The translations under genes and the position numbers were made by a program. 61,107 nt of DNA from Minisyncoccia bacterium (GTDB lineage: Bacteria; Patescibacteriota; Minisyncoccia; Phycocordibacterales; UBA918): NCBI GenBank assembly GCA_047639355.1, contig JBLIOC010000002.1, positions 1-61,107 of the forward strand, read 5' to 3'. Positions 37,971-48,229 of the stretch are shown one piece after another. The notes under the pieces were generated by a model that was given only the letters and a program-made list of their open reading frames with translations, made no database searches and was not told where the DNA came from. Numbering within the stretch: position 1 is the first letter of the stretch; the number at the start of each line of letters is the position of its first letter.

Positions 37971-38900
37971 ATGAAAGCATACATTTGTGAGGAGTACGGT
38001 GCACCCGAAGTACTTAAACTTGCCGAGGTTGAGAAACCTAAACCAAAGCAGAACGAAATACTAATACAAGTAGTGGCTACAGCAGTAAATTCTGGTGATG
38101 TTAGATTAAGAGCTCTTCGAGTTGATGATGGACCCTTAGGTTCTGTAGCAAAAATAGTAATGAGGATTATTATTGGGTTTAAAGGTCCACGCAATAAAGT
38201 ACTTGGAGCGGTACTGTCAGGGATAGTTACAGAAATTGGTGATGAAGTTGATAAGTTCAAGGTGGGAGACGAAGTATTTGCAATGACCGGCATGAAGTTT
38301 GGTGGTTTCGCAGAATACGCAACCTTGTCGCAAGATAAGGGTGTATCATTAAAACCAATAGAATCTAGTTTTGAGGAAGCCTCAGCGATTGCTTTTGGAG
38401 GCACGACTGCATTGTACTTTTTACATAAAGCTGGGATAGCAAAATCTAAAAAAGTTTTGATCTATGGATCGACTGGCGCAGTTGGAACATCCGCAGTTCA
38501 AATTGCAAAGTCTGAAGGCGCAGACGTAACTGCAGTGTCAGGGCCTAATGGTATAGAGCTGTCAAAATCTCTTGGCGCAGATAGGGTCTACAATTATAAA
38601 GAGCAAGACATCTCTGACCTCAATGAACAGTTTGACATTATATTTGATGCGGTTGGTAAATTACCAAAAGATAGATGCAAAGACATTCTGAATGAGGGCG
38701 GCTCGTACGTAACAGTTGGCGGGCTTGATGTGGCAAAAGAGGCGCAGTCAGACATGAAGCGGCTGGCTGACATGTTTGATGAAGGTAAGCTAAAAGCAGT
38801 TATTGATAAGACCTTTTCTTTTAATGAAATGGTTGAAGCACATCGATATGTCGATACTGGATGCAAAAAAGGTAATGTAGTGGTGACTGTTAGTAAGTAA
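37971..38900 (+). CDS. NAD(P)H-dependent quinone oxidoreductase / zinc-type alcohol dehydrogenase-like (MDR superfamily)
   Basis: 309 aa with a GroES-like N-terminus and Rossmann motif IYGSTGAVGTSAVQIAK. Confidence 0.8.
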   Translation: MKAYICEEYGAPEVLKLAEVEKPKPKQNEILIQVVATAVNSGDVRLRALRVDDGPLGSVAKIVMRIIIGFKGPRNKVLGAVLSGIVTEIGDEVDKFKVGDEVFAMTGMKFGGFAEYATLSQDKGVSLKPIESSFEEASAIAFGGTTALYFLHKAGIAKSKKVLIYGSTGAVGTSAVQIAKSEGADVTAVSGPNGIELSKSLGADRVYNYKEQDISDLNEQFDIIFDAVGKLPKDRCKDILNEGGSYVTVGGLDVAKEAQSDMKRLADMFDEGKLKAVIDKTFSFNEMVEAHRYVDTGCKKGNVVVTVSK

Positions 38901-39653
38901 TGTTTAATATATCCCGTCAGGATAATCGACATGTAAATCCAAAATCCACCCATCTGGGAGGACTCGGAGTACCGGCTGCCAGAGTTATGTCCGACGTCTT
39001 GGGTTGGTTAAGTTTAATAAAAAAATAATGACACGAAAAATTATTCTATCGGTGACGATTGGTGGAATTGGGATTTCTCTTATGGTAAGAGGTCTCACTG
39101 GTCTCTTGGGGTAAAAAATTGCTCACACAACCTAAAACATCCGACGTCCTAAGTCGGATTTTTTGCAGAAAACCAAAGCCCGACTTAGGGCTGAATATGT
39201 TAAAAGACAAAAACAGAGTTAGCCACCATTGAATAAAATATCTGTGTAATAAGTAAACAAAGCCACTCCTAGCACGAGTCGATATAGGAGATAATATTTA
39301 CCGTGTCATAAGCAGAACCGCTGTTCGCCTTCAGATTTTTAGTGAACAAAGGAGTCCTATACGGGAGAGAAAAGTTGGTCAATCTTAGTGTGAAACAATA
39401 CAATTCCGAAGCCACTGTGCGAGACCGAGGAAGATAAATTAGAACACACAAACTGAAGAAAACCGTGACTATCCCTGTTTACTCGGAGACCGGGCTCCGT
39501 GGTTATGGTTACTCGAAAAAACCAGACTTACGTCTAGTTTATTGCGCGAATGCGTCACTGTACACAGGTGTGCTTTTTGACTCAAATGGGTAAGGTATTA
39601 TTAATGTAAGAGCTAACAACGTAGTTCTATTCAAATTACTTAACAATATTTAC

Positions 39654-40022
39654 ATGTCAAACACATATAAAGTTATTGCTATGGTTGTTGTTGTGCTCAT
39701 TATTTTTTTCGCATGGAAATCCATGCAGAAAGACCCTGTAGCGACACCTCCCGTAGTTGAAGAGGTGTCTCCAGTTGAAACTGAAGTCGCAACTGAGGCA
39801 GAAGAGGAAGTTGAGCCAGAACCAGAACCAGCATCAATACCAGTAGCGGCGCCAACGCCTGCTCCTGTAACAACCTCAACGCCAGCAGATTCGAAAGAAT
39901 CAGTTGACGATACATTATCAGAATTAGATTCGCTTCTAGATGAGAGCTACGATGATAGTAGTCTGGATTCATTCTTTGACGAATCTTCAATTAACACAAT
40001 TACAGAGGACTATGACATCTAA
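39654..40022 (+). CDS. Membrane-anchored acidic Pro/Glu/Val-rich protein
   Basis: 122 aa with an N-terminal TM segment followed by a low-complexity acidic tail. Confidence 0.35.
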   Translation: MSNTYKVIAMVVVVLIIFFAWKSMQKDPVATPPVVEEVSPVETEVATEAEEEVEPEPEPASIPVAAPTPAPVTTSTPADSKESVDDTLSELDSLLDESYDDSSLDSFFDESSINTITEDYDI

Positions 40023-40794
40023 AATATCCACCCATAGAGTTGTCACCACCCTTTTGCTTCTGACTATGTTGGGTTTTTTAGTTCCACATATCGGAAATGC
40101 ACAATCAGATGCCGATGTCGCTGATCGTGCCCCAAGAGAGCGGCCAGTAGACGGAACAAATTTCTGTGAAAATCTTGATGAGGCACAGGAACGTGTTCTA
40201 TCAAAACTTGATGGTAGAGCAGTTCAAGCGCGAGACAAGCATACTGGTCAAGAAAATAATTTTGACGAAAAGAAAACTGAACGACTTGGAGATTTAGCAA
40301 CAAGGCGAGATGGTGCAGATCAAGCACGAAGTGACAAGATGGATGAATTACGAGCGAAGTCTGAGACTGATGAACAAAATACTGCTATCGATGAGTTTGT
40401 TAGTACAGTAGATTCCCTTATAGCTGATCGTCGGTCAGCTCTTGATTCTTCAATCGATGCATTTGAAGAGGAGGTAGAAGATCTCAAGAACCAACGTACA
40501 TCAGAGGTGGATGACTTTGCAAAGGATTTTGAAGCTGAACTCGTCAGAGTGTTTGATACAGCTGATACAGCCTGTGATAAAGATGATACTGGAGCTGAAG
40601 TTCGAACTGCACTTAGGAGTGATATTGAAGCAGTGCGTGCAGACTTTAAAGCAAAGAAAGGAGACTATACATTCAGAGCTGACTTCACAGCAGCTCGCGA
40701 TGTGCGAAAGGCAGCATTTAGAGCAGCAAAAGCTGATTTCAAGTCTGCTCTAGAAGCAGCAAAAGCTGATTTACGAGCAGCATTTGAGGGATAG
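40012..40794 (+). CDS. Secreted Ala/Asp/Arg-rich helical repeat protein
   Basis: Starts MTSKISTHRVVTTLLLLTML (signal peptide) and overlaps the upstream gene by 11 nt. The C-terminus repeats AFRAAKADFKSALEAAKADLRAAFEG. Confidence 0.4.
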   Translation: MTSKISTHRVVTTLLLLTMLGFLVPHIGNAQSDADVADRAPRERPVDGTNFCENLDEAQERVLSKLDGRAVQARDKHTGQENNFDEKKTERLGDLATRRDGADQARSDKMDELRAKSETDEQNTAIDEFVSTVDSLIADRRSALDSSIDAFEEEVEDLKNQRTSEVDDFAKDFEAELVRVFDTADTACDKDDTGAEVRTALRSDIEAVRADFKAKKGDYTFRADFTAARDVRKAAFRAAKADFKSALEAAKADLRAAFEG

Positions 40795-41005
40795 TATAAG
40801 AAGTTTATGGTAACAAAACACCAGCAGCTGCTGGTGTTTTGTTTATGAAAAATAATACCGCCCTCCAAACTGCTTTGTTTGGAGGGCGGTATTAGTGTTA
40901 TGCAAGACACTGAGGACCGGTCTCCGTAGTTATAATACAAGTGATACTTTTTATACAAAGTTATAACCCTTAGAAGGGAGTTCGAAACTTTGGTGTACTT
41001 AAAGT

Positions 41006-41446
41006 ATGAAAAATGCAATTATTTCCATTCTTGTAATTCTTCTTCTCGGGGGAGTTGTTCTCTATGCTTTAGAGCAAAATAAAGAACCTGAATTATCTGT
41101 AACTGTAATTCAACCTGCTGGAGGTGAGAACTATACATATGGCGAAAGATTCAGATTTGTAGTGCAGACAAATGTAGACATACCAGGCACAATGACAACC
41201 TATCTGACTGGTAGTAATTCACAAGAAAACTGGGAAGAAAATATAATCCAGAAATTAGTTTCAGAGGAAAAACAAGATTTCACAGTAAACGAATTTTTCA
41301 GAGGTAGTTTTAGACTAGGGTTGGAAATTGATGTGACAAATGTTAATCCTGGAACATATTTTTTATTGGCTGTATGGGAGGATACAAACAAAACGCAACA
41401 AATACTAGATTTTAGTGCCTCCGAGTTCACAATATCTGAACAGTAA
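41006..41446 (+). CDS. Hypothetical secreted/anchored protein
   Basis: 146 aa with an N-terminal TM/signal segment. Confidence 0.35.
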   Translation: MKNAIISILVILLLGGVVLYALEQNKEPELSVTVIQPAGGENYTYGERFRFVVQTNVDIPGTMTTYLTGSNSQENWEENIIQKLVSEEKQDFTVNEFFRGSFRLGLEIDVTNVNPGTYFLLAVWEDTNKTQQILDFSASEFTISEQ

Positions 41447-41633
41447 TTCTATTATAGATAAAAGCTGGCACAAACAAAACACTTTTCTATCGGAGGTTCG
41501 AAAGTCATCTACCCCGCGGAGTAATCAAACCACTCTCATTTCACAAGAATGTTTTGCTAAACTAGCTGGAGTTAGAATTCCGAAACCTATGATAATAATA
41601 AATTTTTGATAATAACTGTACTATACTGATGTC

Positions 41634-42803
41634 ATGGAAGAATTCTATCCCTTTTTTCTCATCGTTTTTTCTGGAGTATTTTTTTCAATGCTTTCTATAC
41701 GGACACATATTCCCTGGGCTGTCATGCTTATCATTGGAGGTATTGTGGTCGGACCGAGTTTTCTTAATGTCATATCCATAAATCCCACGATTGATTTTAT
41801 GGGTCAAATCGGATTGGTGTTCCTTATGTTTATGGCTGGACTTGAGACAAAGTTCTCACAATTTCGTGAGTTTCAGAAAAGCCTATTGTTCCTGGCTTTT
41901 ATGAACGGATTCATACCTTTTCTGGTTGGTGGCGCTGTGATATGGCTTTTGGGATACGATCTTATGACTTCTTTAATTGTAGGTATTATATTTGTATCAT
42001 CGTCAATTGCCGTAGTTATCCCATCACTTGAAATTTCGGGAGTGCTCCATACAAAACTCGGACAGTCTGTCGTTGTTACAACGGTAATACAAGATATAAC
42101 TAGTCTTGTTTTACTCTCGCTTCTTCTTCAAACAGTAAGTCCGGTAACCGAAGTCCCTTTGTATGTATTTTATCCAGTTTTATTTGGCGTTCTTATCGCG
42201 CTGCGACACTTCATTCCAAAGCTACGTTCTTGGGTGGTGAAAATAGCAACCGGATCACCAGATGTTTTTCAGTTGGAATTTAGATCAACCTTTCTCGTGC
42301 TCATTGGAACGGTGATAGCATTTGAACTTTTAGGACTCCATCCAATTGTTGCTGGATTTTTCTCTGGTCTTGTTCTTGCAGATTCAATAAAAAGTAAAAT
42401 TTTAAAGGAAAAGATTCAAACCATTAGCTACGGTGTGTTTATTCCAACATTTTTTATTGTTATTGGACTACAGACAGATATGACCATTTTTCAAGATATC
42501 AGAAGTGTTCTTTTAGTTATGGCTATAATAATAGTTTCTCTTATTGTATCAAAATATACTAGTGGATATTTTGCTGCCAGAATAGTTGGGTTTGATAAAC
42601 TCGAATCGAACTTTTTTGCAGCAACGTCACTTCCGCAACTTTCTACAACACTTGCAACAGCGTTTGTTGCCTTCAGTCTTGGTCTTATTGACCAAACACT
42701 TCTAACGTCACTTGTAATTTTGAGTATTGTAACCGTCTTTCTTAGTCCAATTCTCATACGTATTTACTCTGCTCGTCTTAGTGAAAGAAAGAAGCTCAAA
42801 TAA
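41634..42803 (+). CDS. Cation:proton antiporter (CPA2/Kef-type Na+/H+ exchanger domain)
   Basis: 389 aa with about 11-12 TM segments and motifs such as GQIGLVFLMFMAGLE. Confidence 0.75.
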   Translation: MEEFYPFFLIVFSGVFFSMLSIRTHIPWAVMLIIGGIVVGPSFLNVISINPTIDFMGQIGLVFLMFMAGLETKFSQFREFQKSLLFLAFMNGFIPFLVGGAVIWLLGYDLMTSLIVGIIFVSSSIAVVIPSLEISGVLHTKLGQSVVVTTVIQDITSLVLLSLLLQTVSPVTEVPLYVFYPVLFGVLIALRHFIPKLRSWVVKIATGSPDVFQLEFRSTFLVLIGTVIAFELLGLHPIVAGFFSGLVLADSIKSKILKEKIQTISYGVFIPTFFIVIGLQTDMTIFQDIRSVLLVMAIIIVSLIVSKYTSGYFAARIVGFDKLESNFFAATSLPQLSTTLATAFVAFSLGLIDQTLLTSLVILSIVTVFLSPILIRIYSARLSERKKLK

Positions 42804-43033
42804 GTTTATTATTTTTTCAACTAGCATTTCTACCTTTGGTTAAGTCTACATCTCTTAGTTCATTCCATGAGTGCAAAAATTATTATGTTGTGTAGGTTAA
42901 AAAGTTCGAGTGTTATCCAGACATAGCTTTAGTTACCTGTATTTGATAGATACTTGCTTTCGTTTTTATATTGTGGCATAGTCAGGGTTGAATTTTCTTT
43001 AAACAACGCAACACTTTTTTGCAAAAGGAGTAA

Positions 43034-43405
43034 ATGATGATTACAAAAAAAGAACTACAAGACAGCACATATATTTGGTTGGAATTAAGTACATCATTTT
43101 CGCCAAAAAGAAGTTGCCCGTGCATCGTTGTAGGAGTAGATGAGCTTTCTTTTATGCTACTAACACTTGATAACTTCGAGTACTCAGTTGAGTTTTACTT
43201 CTCTGATGAAGTTATGTTACATCGTTTGAAAGTCACGTCACTAGAGGAGGTAAATAAGTATTTGCAATGTCGTATTGATACTTTGGAATCAACCGCTAAA
43301 AATATACAAAAAAAGATTGATACTTACAGAGCTCTTACTGTAGGTCTTGAAGACGACCCTTCTGCGATGTTTGACGAAATATTAAAGGATTCATCAGCTG
43401 ATTAA
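43034..43405 (+). CDS. Hypothetical protein (orphan)
   Basis: 123 aa with SD aaaaggag upstream and a terminator-like hairpin at about 43475-43500. Confidence 0.35.
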   Translation: MMITKKELQDSTYIWLELSTSFSPKRSCPCIVVGVDELSFMLLTLDNFEYSVEFYFSDEVMLHRLKVTSLEEVNKYLQCRIDTLESTAKNIQKKIDTYRALTVGLEDDPSAMFDEILKDSSAD

Positions 43406-43837
43406 TATCCAAACAATCAACATCGCTAATGTAGCTCATTGTATCAAAAACAAACAAATATTCCGCCACTAACACAAACCGTTGGGTGGCGGTTTTTCTA
43501 TTTATCTCACTCCACATTACAAAGTTGAGCATCCTAGCAAGCTACCAGCATCCTACATAAAAGCACTCCATTAGGAAAAATAAAAGAAAGACTGGTTTCA
43601 TGAATGATCAGGGTGTAAGAATGTACAATGGCAAACCGGCTGATTTTCGAGAGTCAGACATTGAGCCTGTGCGATAAATAGCCGAGGTATTGATTGTTGG
43701 GATACTGATACCTTGTCTGCAACAATAGATTCGAACAGTCTTTAAAGTACGGAGTAGTGTATTGACAATACTACAACTTGTGGTATTTTGTCTCTAGTAG
43801 TTTACTTAAATCAACCAACTAAAGAAGAGGGGTTTAT

Positions 43838-44143
43838 ATGAGCCAGCCAGACTGTTATATAGCACCGGAATTACTCCGTGAAAAATGTGAATCCGAAGGT
43901 ATAGATTTCACCCAAGTCAAAGTCAATCTGGAACGTTGGCATGAGTCCAAGTATCTTGACGAAGGAGTTCTTTCTGCACTAGTGCGCCCCGACCTGATTT
44001 TCCGAGACGATGGTTCGTTTGTTTATCTCGACCGCGTAATGATGGCTTCATCGCTTGGACTTTCAGAACAATACGCCAAAGGCAAAGCCAATCCAGATAA
44101 TCTTCCCTGGACTGAATTCGTCGAGAGCGTCACCGAGATGTGA
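43838..44143 (+). CDS. Hypothetical protein (orphan)
   Basis: 101 aa with SD agaggggt and an upstream TTGACA box at about 43773. A terminator-like hairpin (aaaccctgtg..cacggggtttt) lies downstream. Confidence 0.35.
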   Translation: MSQPDCYIAPELLREKCESEGIDFTQVKVNLERWHESKYLDEGVLSALVRPDLIFRDDGSFVYLDRVMMASSLGLSEQYAKGKANPDNLPWTEFVESVTEM

Positions 44144-44320
44144 CTGCATCTTTTCTTAGAATCTTTCGAACCAGAAACCCTGTGTAGTATCACGGGGTTT
44201 TATTTTTTAGATAACAATGACTATTGTTTGTTTTGATTGAGAGATTATCTTGTGCGCTTTAGTTAGTTAGTGTATAAGTTTAATTAGTAACATTTTATAA
44301 CTCTACAAAGGAGATTAGAC

Positions 44321-44740
44321 ATGCTATATGAAGTTCTTTTAGAAAAAGAAAAGATCTACTGGTGGGATGAAGATAAGCTTGGTGATTTTATATTCCATGC
44401 AGATAATGATGAACAAGCAGTGGCGTTTGTTGCAACTATTGTATTACGTATAAATAGAAAATACTTGAGAATGAACGAACAGAGAAACGTCTTCATTTTT
44501 TCGATTTGCCGCATCGAAAGAGATGGCTATATGGTTGTGCGTGAGTCTATAAATTTATCGGATTGCAGTACTTTATTAAAGGGATTTTGTGCTATAAGAA
44601 AGGCCTTAAATGCATTTTATCCTATAGAAAATGGTAAGCGATATTGGTCAATGGCGCATACGTTTAGCAATTACAAACCAGTCCGTCAACACCCTCCACC
44701 TCCTAGATTAGAATTAGAACCAGCGACAGATGAAATCTAG
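44321..44740 (+). CDS. Hypothetical protein, paralogue of 7158-7511, with a Pro-rich tail
   Basis: 139 aa with SD aaaggaga. It aligns with the 7.2-kb ORF at both ends (MLYEVLLEKEKIYWWDEDKLGDFIFHADNDE; LKGFCAIRKALNAFYPI). Confidence 0.5.
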   Translation: MLYEVLLEKEKIYWWDEDKLGDFIFHADNDEQAVAFVATIVLRINRKYLRMNEQRNVFIFSICRIERDGYMVVRESINLSDCSTLLKGFCAIRKALNAFYPIENGKRYWSMAHTFSNYKPVRQHPPPPRLELEPATDEI

Positions 44741-45078
44741 ACTTTCGTATTGTCGTAAATCAAGTTCTTTCCAAGGTTAATCAAAGCCACTCACAGCTAA
44801 ACTGAAAGATAATACTTTCATTTTAGCGCATGAGTGGCTTACTTTTTTAATAATTTAGTCTGAACACTCTATTTTCAAATTGACCTAGAATTCAGCTCAT
44901 GTTGGGTTCTTGTTGTATTGAAATCCAGTTTATAATTCTGAATGTTTCCAGTATTGAGAGCAAGATAAATAAGACCAATGTTATAGAGTAGGTTTTAGTA
45001 GGACGGCTTGGAACTCGAGAATATGCACACAATATAGCTCTGTGTGCTAGTTTTGACTCAAATGCTACACTGTATCTC

Positions 45079-45762
45079 ATGACTGAATCAGATATAATTT
45101 TAAAGTTAGATAATGTAAACAAAGTATTCAGTACACCTGGTGGACCCTTGCGGATCCTAGAGAGTGTATCTGGTTCTGTGAAAAAGGGTGAAAAAGTCGC
45201 TATTATTGGTCCTTCTGGGTCTGGCAAATCTACCTTGCTCTCTCTAATTGGTCTCTTGGACACTCCTACAACAGGCTCAATAGAGGTTGACGGCATCAAA
45301 ACAGAATCACTTAGCGAAGAAGAACAGGCTAAATTTCGAAACAAAAACATTGGATTTATTTTTCAATCTTTTGAATTAATTTCTCCATTTACGGTACAGG
45401 AAAATATTGTCGCTCCGTTAGAGATTGGTAAGAAGGAAGTTTCTCAAGAAGAGTTGTCTGATTTGTTGCAAAACCTCGGTTTGACTGAGCGTAAAAGTGC
45501 GATGCCTCAGACTCTTTCTGGAGGCGAGAAACAGCGAGTTGCTATTGGCCGAGCGCTTTTTAACAAGCCGACTTTGATTTTGGCTGATGAACCAACCGGA
45601 AGTCTGGATAGAGCCACTGGTGAAAAGGTTTTGTCGATGCTAATTGAGTCGGTTGAGCAGGCAGGAACTACTTTGGTAGTTATTACGCATGATGAATCAA
45701 TTGCTGAGCGAATGGACCGAGTATTTGAACTAAGAGACAAATCACTACATGAGCGGAGTTAA
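45079..45762 (+). CDS. ABC transporter ATP-binding protein (YbbA/LolD/MacB-type)
   Basis: 227 aa with Walker A GPSGSGKST, signature LSGGEKQR and Walker B ILADEPTG. Confidence 0.9.
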   Translation: MTESDIILKLDNVNKVFSTPGGPLRILESVSGSVKKGEKVAIIGPSGSGKSTLLSLIGLLDTPTTGSIEVDGIKTESLSEEEQAKFRNKNIGFIFQSFELISPFTVQENIVAPLEIGKKEVSQEELSDLLQNLGLTERKSAMPQTLSGGEKQRVAIGRALFNKPTLILADEPTGSLDRATGEKVLSMLIESVEQAGTTLVVITHDESIAERMDRVFELRDKSLHERS

Positions 45763-48229
45763 ACTAATTTTTCTTTATAGTTGGCGGATAGTGCGGCGCG
45801 AGTGGCGTCGGTTTGCTCTCTCTTTATCTTCATTGGCGATAACTAGCGTTGTTTTAATGCTGATTTTGCTGCTTACTGGAGCGAGTGCGAATTTACTGGC
45901 TGACCAGGCTCGTGAGTTGCAGGGCGGTGATGTAGTGTTAGAAAGCTCCTATCCGATTGCGGGTGAAGGTTTTTTTGTGGAAGCTGGAATATCACCTTTA
46001 GCCGCATCAGAACAAATTGCTTTTTCCGGTACGTTGCAAAGCGTTGATGTTACTGCCCCTTTTACTATTGAAGTCATTGATGATGCATATCCCTTATACG
46101 GTGAACTAATCTTGCAGGACGGAGTATTTACGAGCATTGCTGATGGTGAAATACTCTTAGATGAAGCTGGTCTTAAACGGTTAGGAGTTGAGAAAGGAGA
46201 TACTGTTTCGTTTGGAGATGTGTCATTAACGATCTCTGATGTCGTGCTTGCCGAACCAACGTCACTATTTGGTGGTTTCCGGTTTTTACCAATCGCATTT
46301 ATGAGTCAGGGTAGTTTTATTGATGCTAATGTAGATCCGGAGCTACTTCGTGCTGAGTACACCTACGCGGCAGTTGCTCCAGATTTGACCACAGACGCCA
46401 TTGAATCTTTGCGCATGATGCAGGGTTCGTATCCTGAGATTCATGTAGACATAGCGGGTCAAGATCAGCGCGGGCTACAGTTCGGACTCGCAACAGTTTC
46501 TGATTTTCTAATTATTGCGGTTCTGATTACAGCTGTGCTGGCAGCTGTAAATGTGTATGCGAGCGTTTTGTACCTGGTTACTATCGAGCGTAAAAGTTTG
46601 GCGGTGTTGCTTGCGCTGGGTCTAACTAAAACCAAGTTGGTGTATGTACTCGGTGCAGCATTGGGGTACGTTGTGGTGTTGGCTAATCTGACAGGTCTTG
46701 CAATTGGTGCGATCATATTTCAGCAAGTGCAATCGTTCGTCATGGCAGAGTATCTGATTGCCTTACCGACGCCTAACTTGTTTTTCTACGCTGTCGTTAC
46801 TAGCGCTCTTATATTGTTGATTTCGATAATGTCATTTTTGCCGGCTATTCGAAAGAGTCTATCTTTGAATCCTAAACAAATTCTCATCGGGACTGGGTCT
46901 TCTTTGACTGAGCAACGATCTTTTTGGTCACTTGTATTCATTACCGTTTCGACCCTGGTTCCGCTGGTTGCACTAGCGACTTTCTTGCTTAAAAGTCTGA
47001 CCCAGGGAGTTTTTGTTGTTGGTGCGATTGTACTAGTTTATGTTGTGGTCGCGACTTTGTATACATTTTTCATTCGTCAGATATACAAATTGCGTTTGCG
47101 CGCCCCTTTCTTTTTACGAAGTATCATAAGTCAGAAATATGCTGACGGTCTGTTCGGTGTGGTTTCTTTTACCTCACTTTTTGTGGCGCTAACCGCATTG
47201 TGTGTTTTGTCTCTCCTGCAAGTTTCATTAGAGCGATTTTTGGTTAATGATTTAGGTGAGACTGTTCCGTCTACTTATGTGCTTGATGTGCAGCCGTCAC
47301 AAAAGGATCAAATTGAACTAGTTTTCCCTGAGTTAGAGCTGTTTTCAAACATTAGGGCACGCCTCATAGCTATTGATGACGTAATGATCCAGGAAGAAAT
47401 TGAAGCAGGGAACAGCGATGTTTCCGGAGAGCTAGCTCGTGAGTTTAATCTCACTGCTCGACGAGATCTGCTTTCGAGTGAGTCAGTGTCGAGTGGCGCA
47501 TGGTCTGGTGGCGCACCAGGAGAAATATCAGTCGATGAAGATTTTGCAGACCAGGCTAATATTTCGCTTGGGTCAACTATCAAGTTCTTTATTCAGGGTT
47601 TTGAAGTGTCTGGTACAGTTACTAGTTTTCGTAGCACCGATTCACGTTCAGGTTTACCCTTCTTCTATTTTGTATTGTCACCAGAAGACATTGGGCAGTT
47701 TCCAGGAGTATATTTCGGCTACTCTTATTACGAACCAAAAAAGCAAGTAGAGTTAGGTAGATTTTTAGCGTCTGAAATGCCCAATGTGTCGATGATTGAG
47801 ACTCAATCTCTTGGACCACTTTTACTACAGATAGTTGGTACTTTGATGGTTCTAGTATTAATTGTGACCATTCCACCGCTCCTTATCGCAACCTTACTGA
47901 TTGCGATGCTGGTAGTCTCTTCATATGCTACTAGGCGACGTGAAGGAGCTCGTTTCCGTGCCCTTGGCCTTAGTCGCCGAGAAAGTTTTTGGCAATATTT
48001 ATTGGAAACTGTGTCTCTAACTATCATCGCTTCGGTTCTAGCCTATGGCCTTGGTTTGTTAGCATCAGCTCTTATTAGTGCAAACTTTTTGCAACTTGAG
48101 TCAACGGTGTTGTTTGACGGGGAACTCATTGCTGGTCTTGGTTTAATCATTTTCTTCATTATGGGGATTGCGTTATATTTGTATAAAACAGACACGATGC
48201 CTTTGCGTGAATTATTGTCTTATGAATAA
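45749..48229 (+). CDS. ABC transporter permease with two FtsX-like domains (YbbP-like)
   Basis: 826 aa with two 4-TM blocks separated by a large soluble domain. It overlaps the ATPase gene by 14 nt. Confidence 0.8.
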   Translation: MSGVKLIFLYSWRIVRREWRRFALSLSSLAITSVVLMLILLLTGASANLLADQARELQGGDVVLESSYPIAGEGFFVEAGISPLAASEQIAFSGTLQSVDVTAPFTIEVIDDAYPLYGELILQDGVFTSIADGEILLDEAGLKRLGVEKGDTVSFGDVSLTISDVVLAEPTSLFGGFRFLPIAFMSQGSFIDANVDPELLRAEYTYAAVAPDLTTDAIESLRMMQGSYPEIHVDIAGQDQRGLQFGLATVSDFLIIAVLITAVLAAVNVYASVLYLVTIERKSLAVLLALGLTKTKLVYVLGAALGYVVVLANLTGLAIGAIIFQQVQSFVMAEYLIALPTPNLFFYAVVTSALILLISIMSFLPAIRKSLSLNPKQILIGTGSSLTEQRSFWSLVFITVSTLVPLVALATFLLKSLTQGVFVVGAIVLVYVVVATLYTFFIRQIYKLRLRAPFFLRSIISQKYADGLFGVVSFTSLFVALTALCVLSLLQVSLERFLVNDLGETVPSTYVLDVQPSQKDQIELVFPELELFSNIRARLIAIDDVMIQEEIEAGNSDVSGELAREFNLTARRDLLSSESVSSGAWSGGAPGEISVDEDFADQANISLGSTIKFFIQGFEVSGTVTSFRSTDSRSGLPFFYFVLSPEDIGQFPGVYFGYSYYEPKKQVELGRFLASEMPNVSMIETQSLGPLLLQIVGTLMVLVLIVTIPPLLIATLLIAMLVVSSYATRRREGARFRALGLSRRESFWQYLLETVSLTIIASVLAYGLGLLASALISANFLQLESTVLFDGELIAGLGLIIFFIMGIALYLYKTDTMPLRELLSYE

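Noticed and set aside
37952-38953. ORFs 37952-38404(-) and 38594-38953(-)
   Set aside because: They are antisense to the well-supported MDR oxidoreductase gene.
44892-45350. ORF 44892-45350(-), 152 aa
   Set aside because: It is antisense to the ABC ATPase gene, including its Walker A region.
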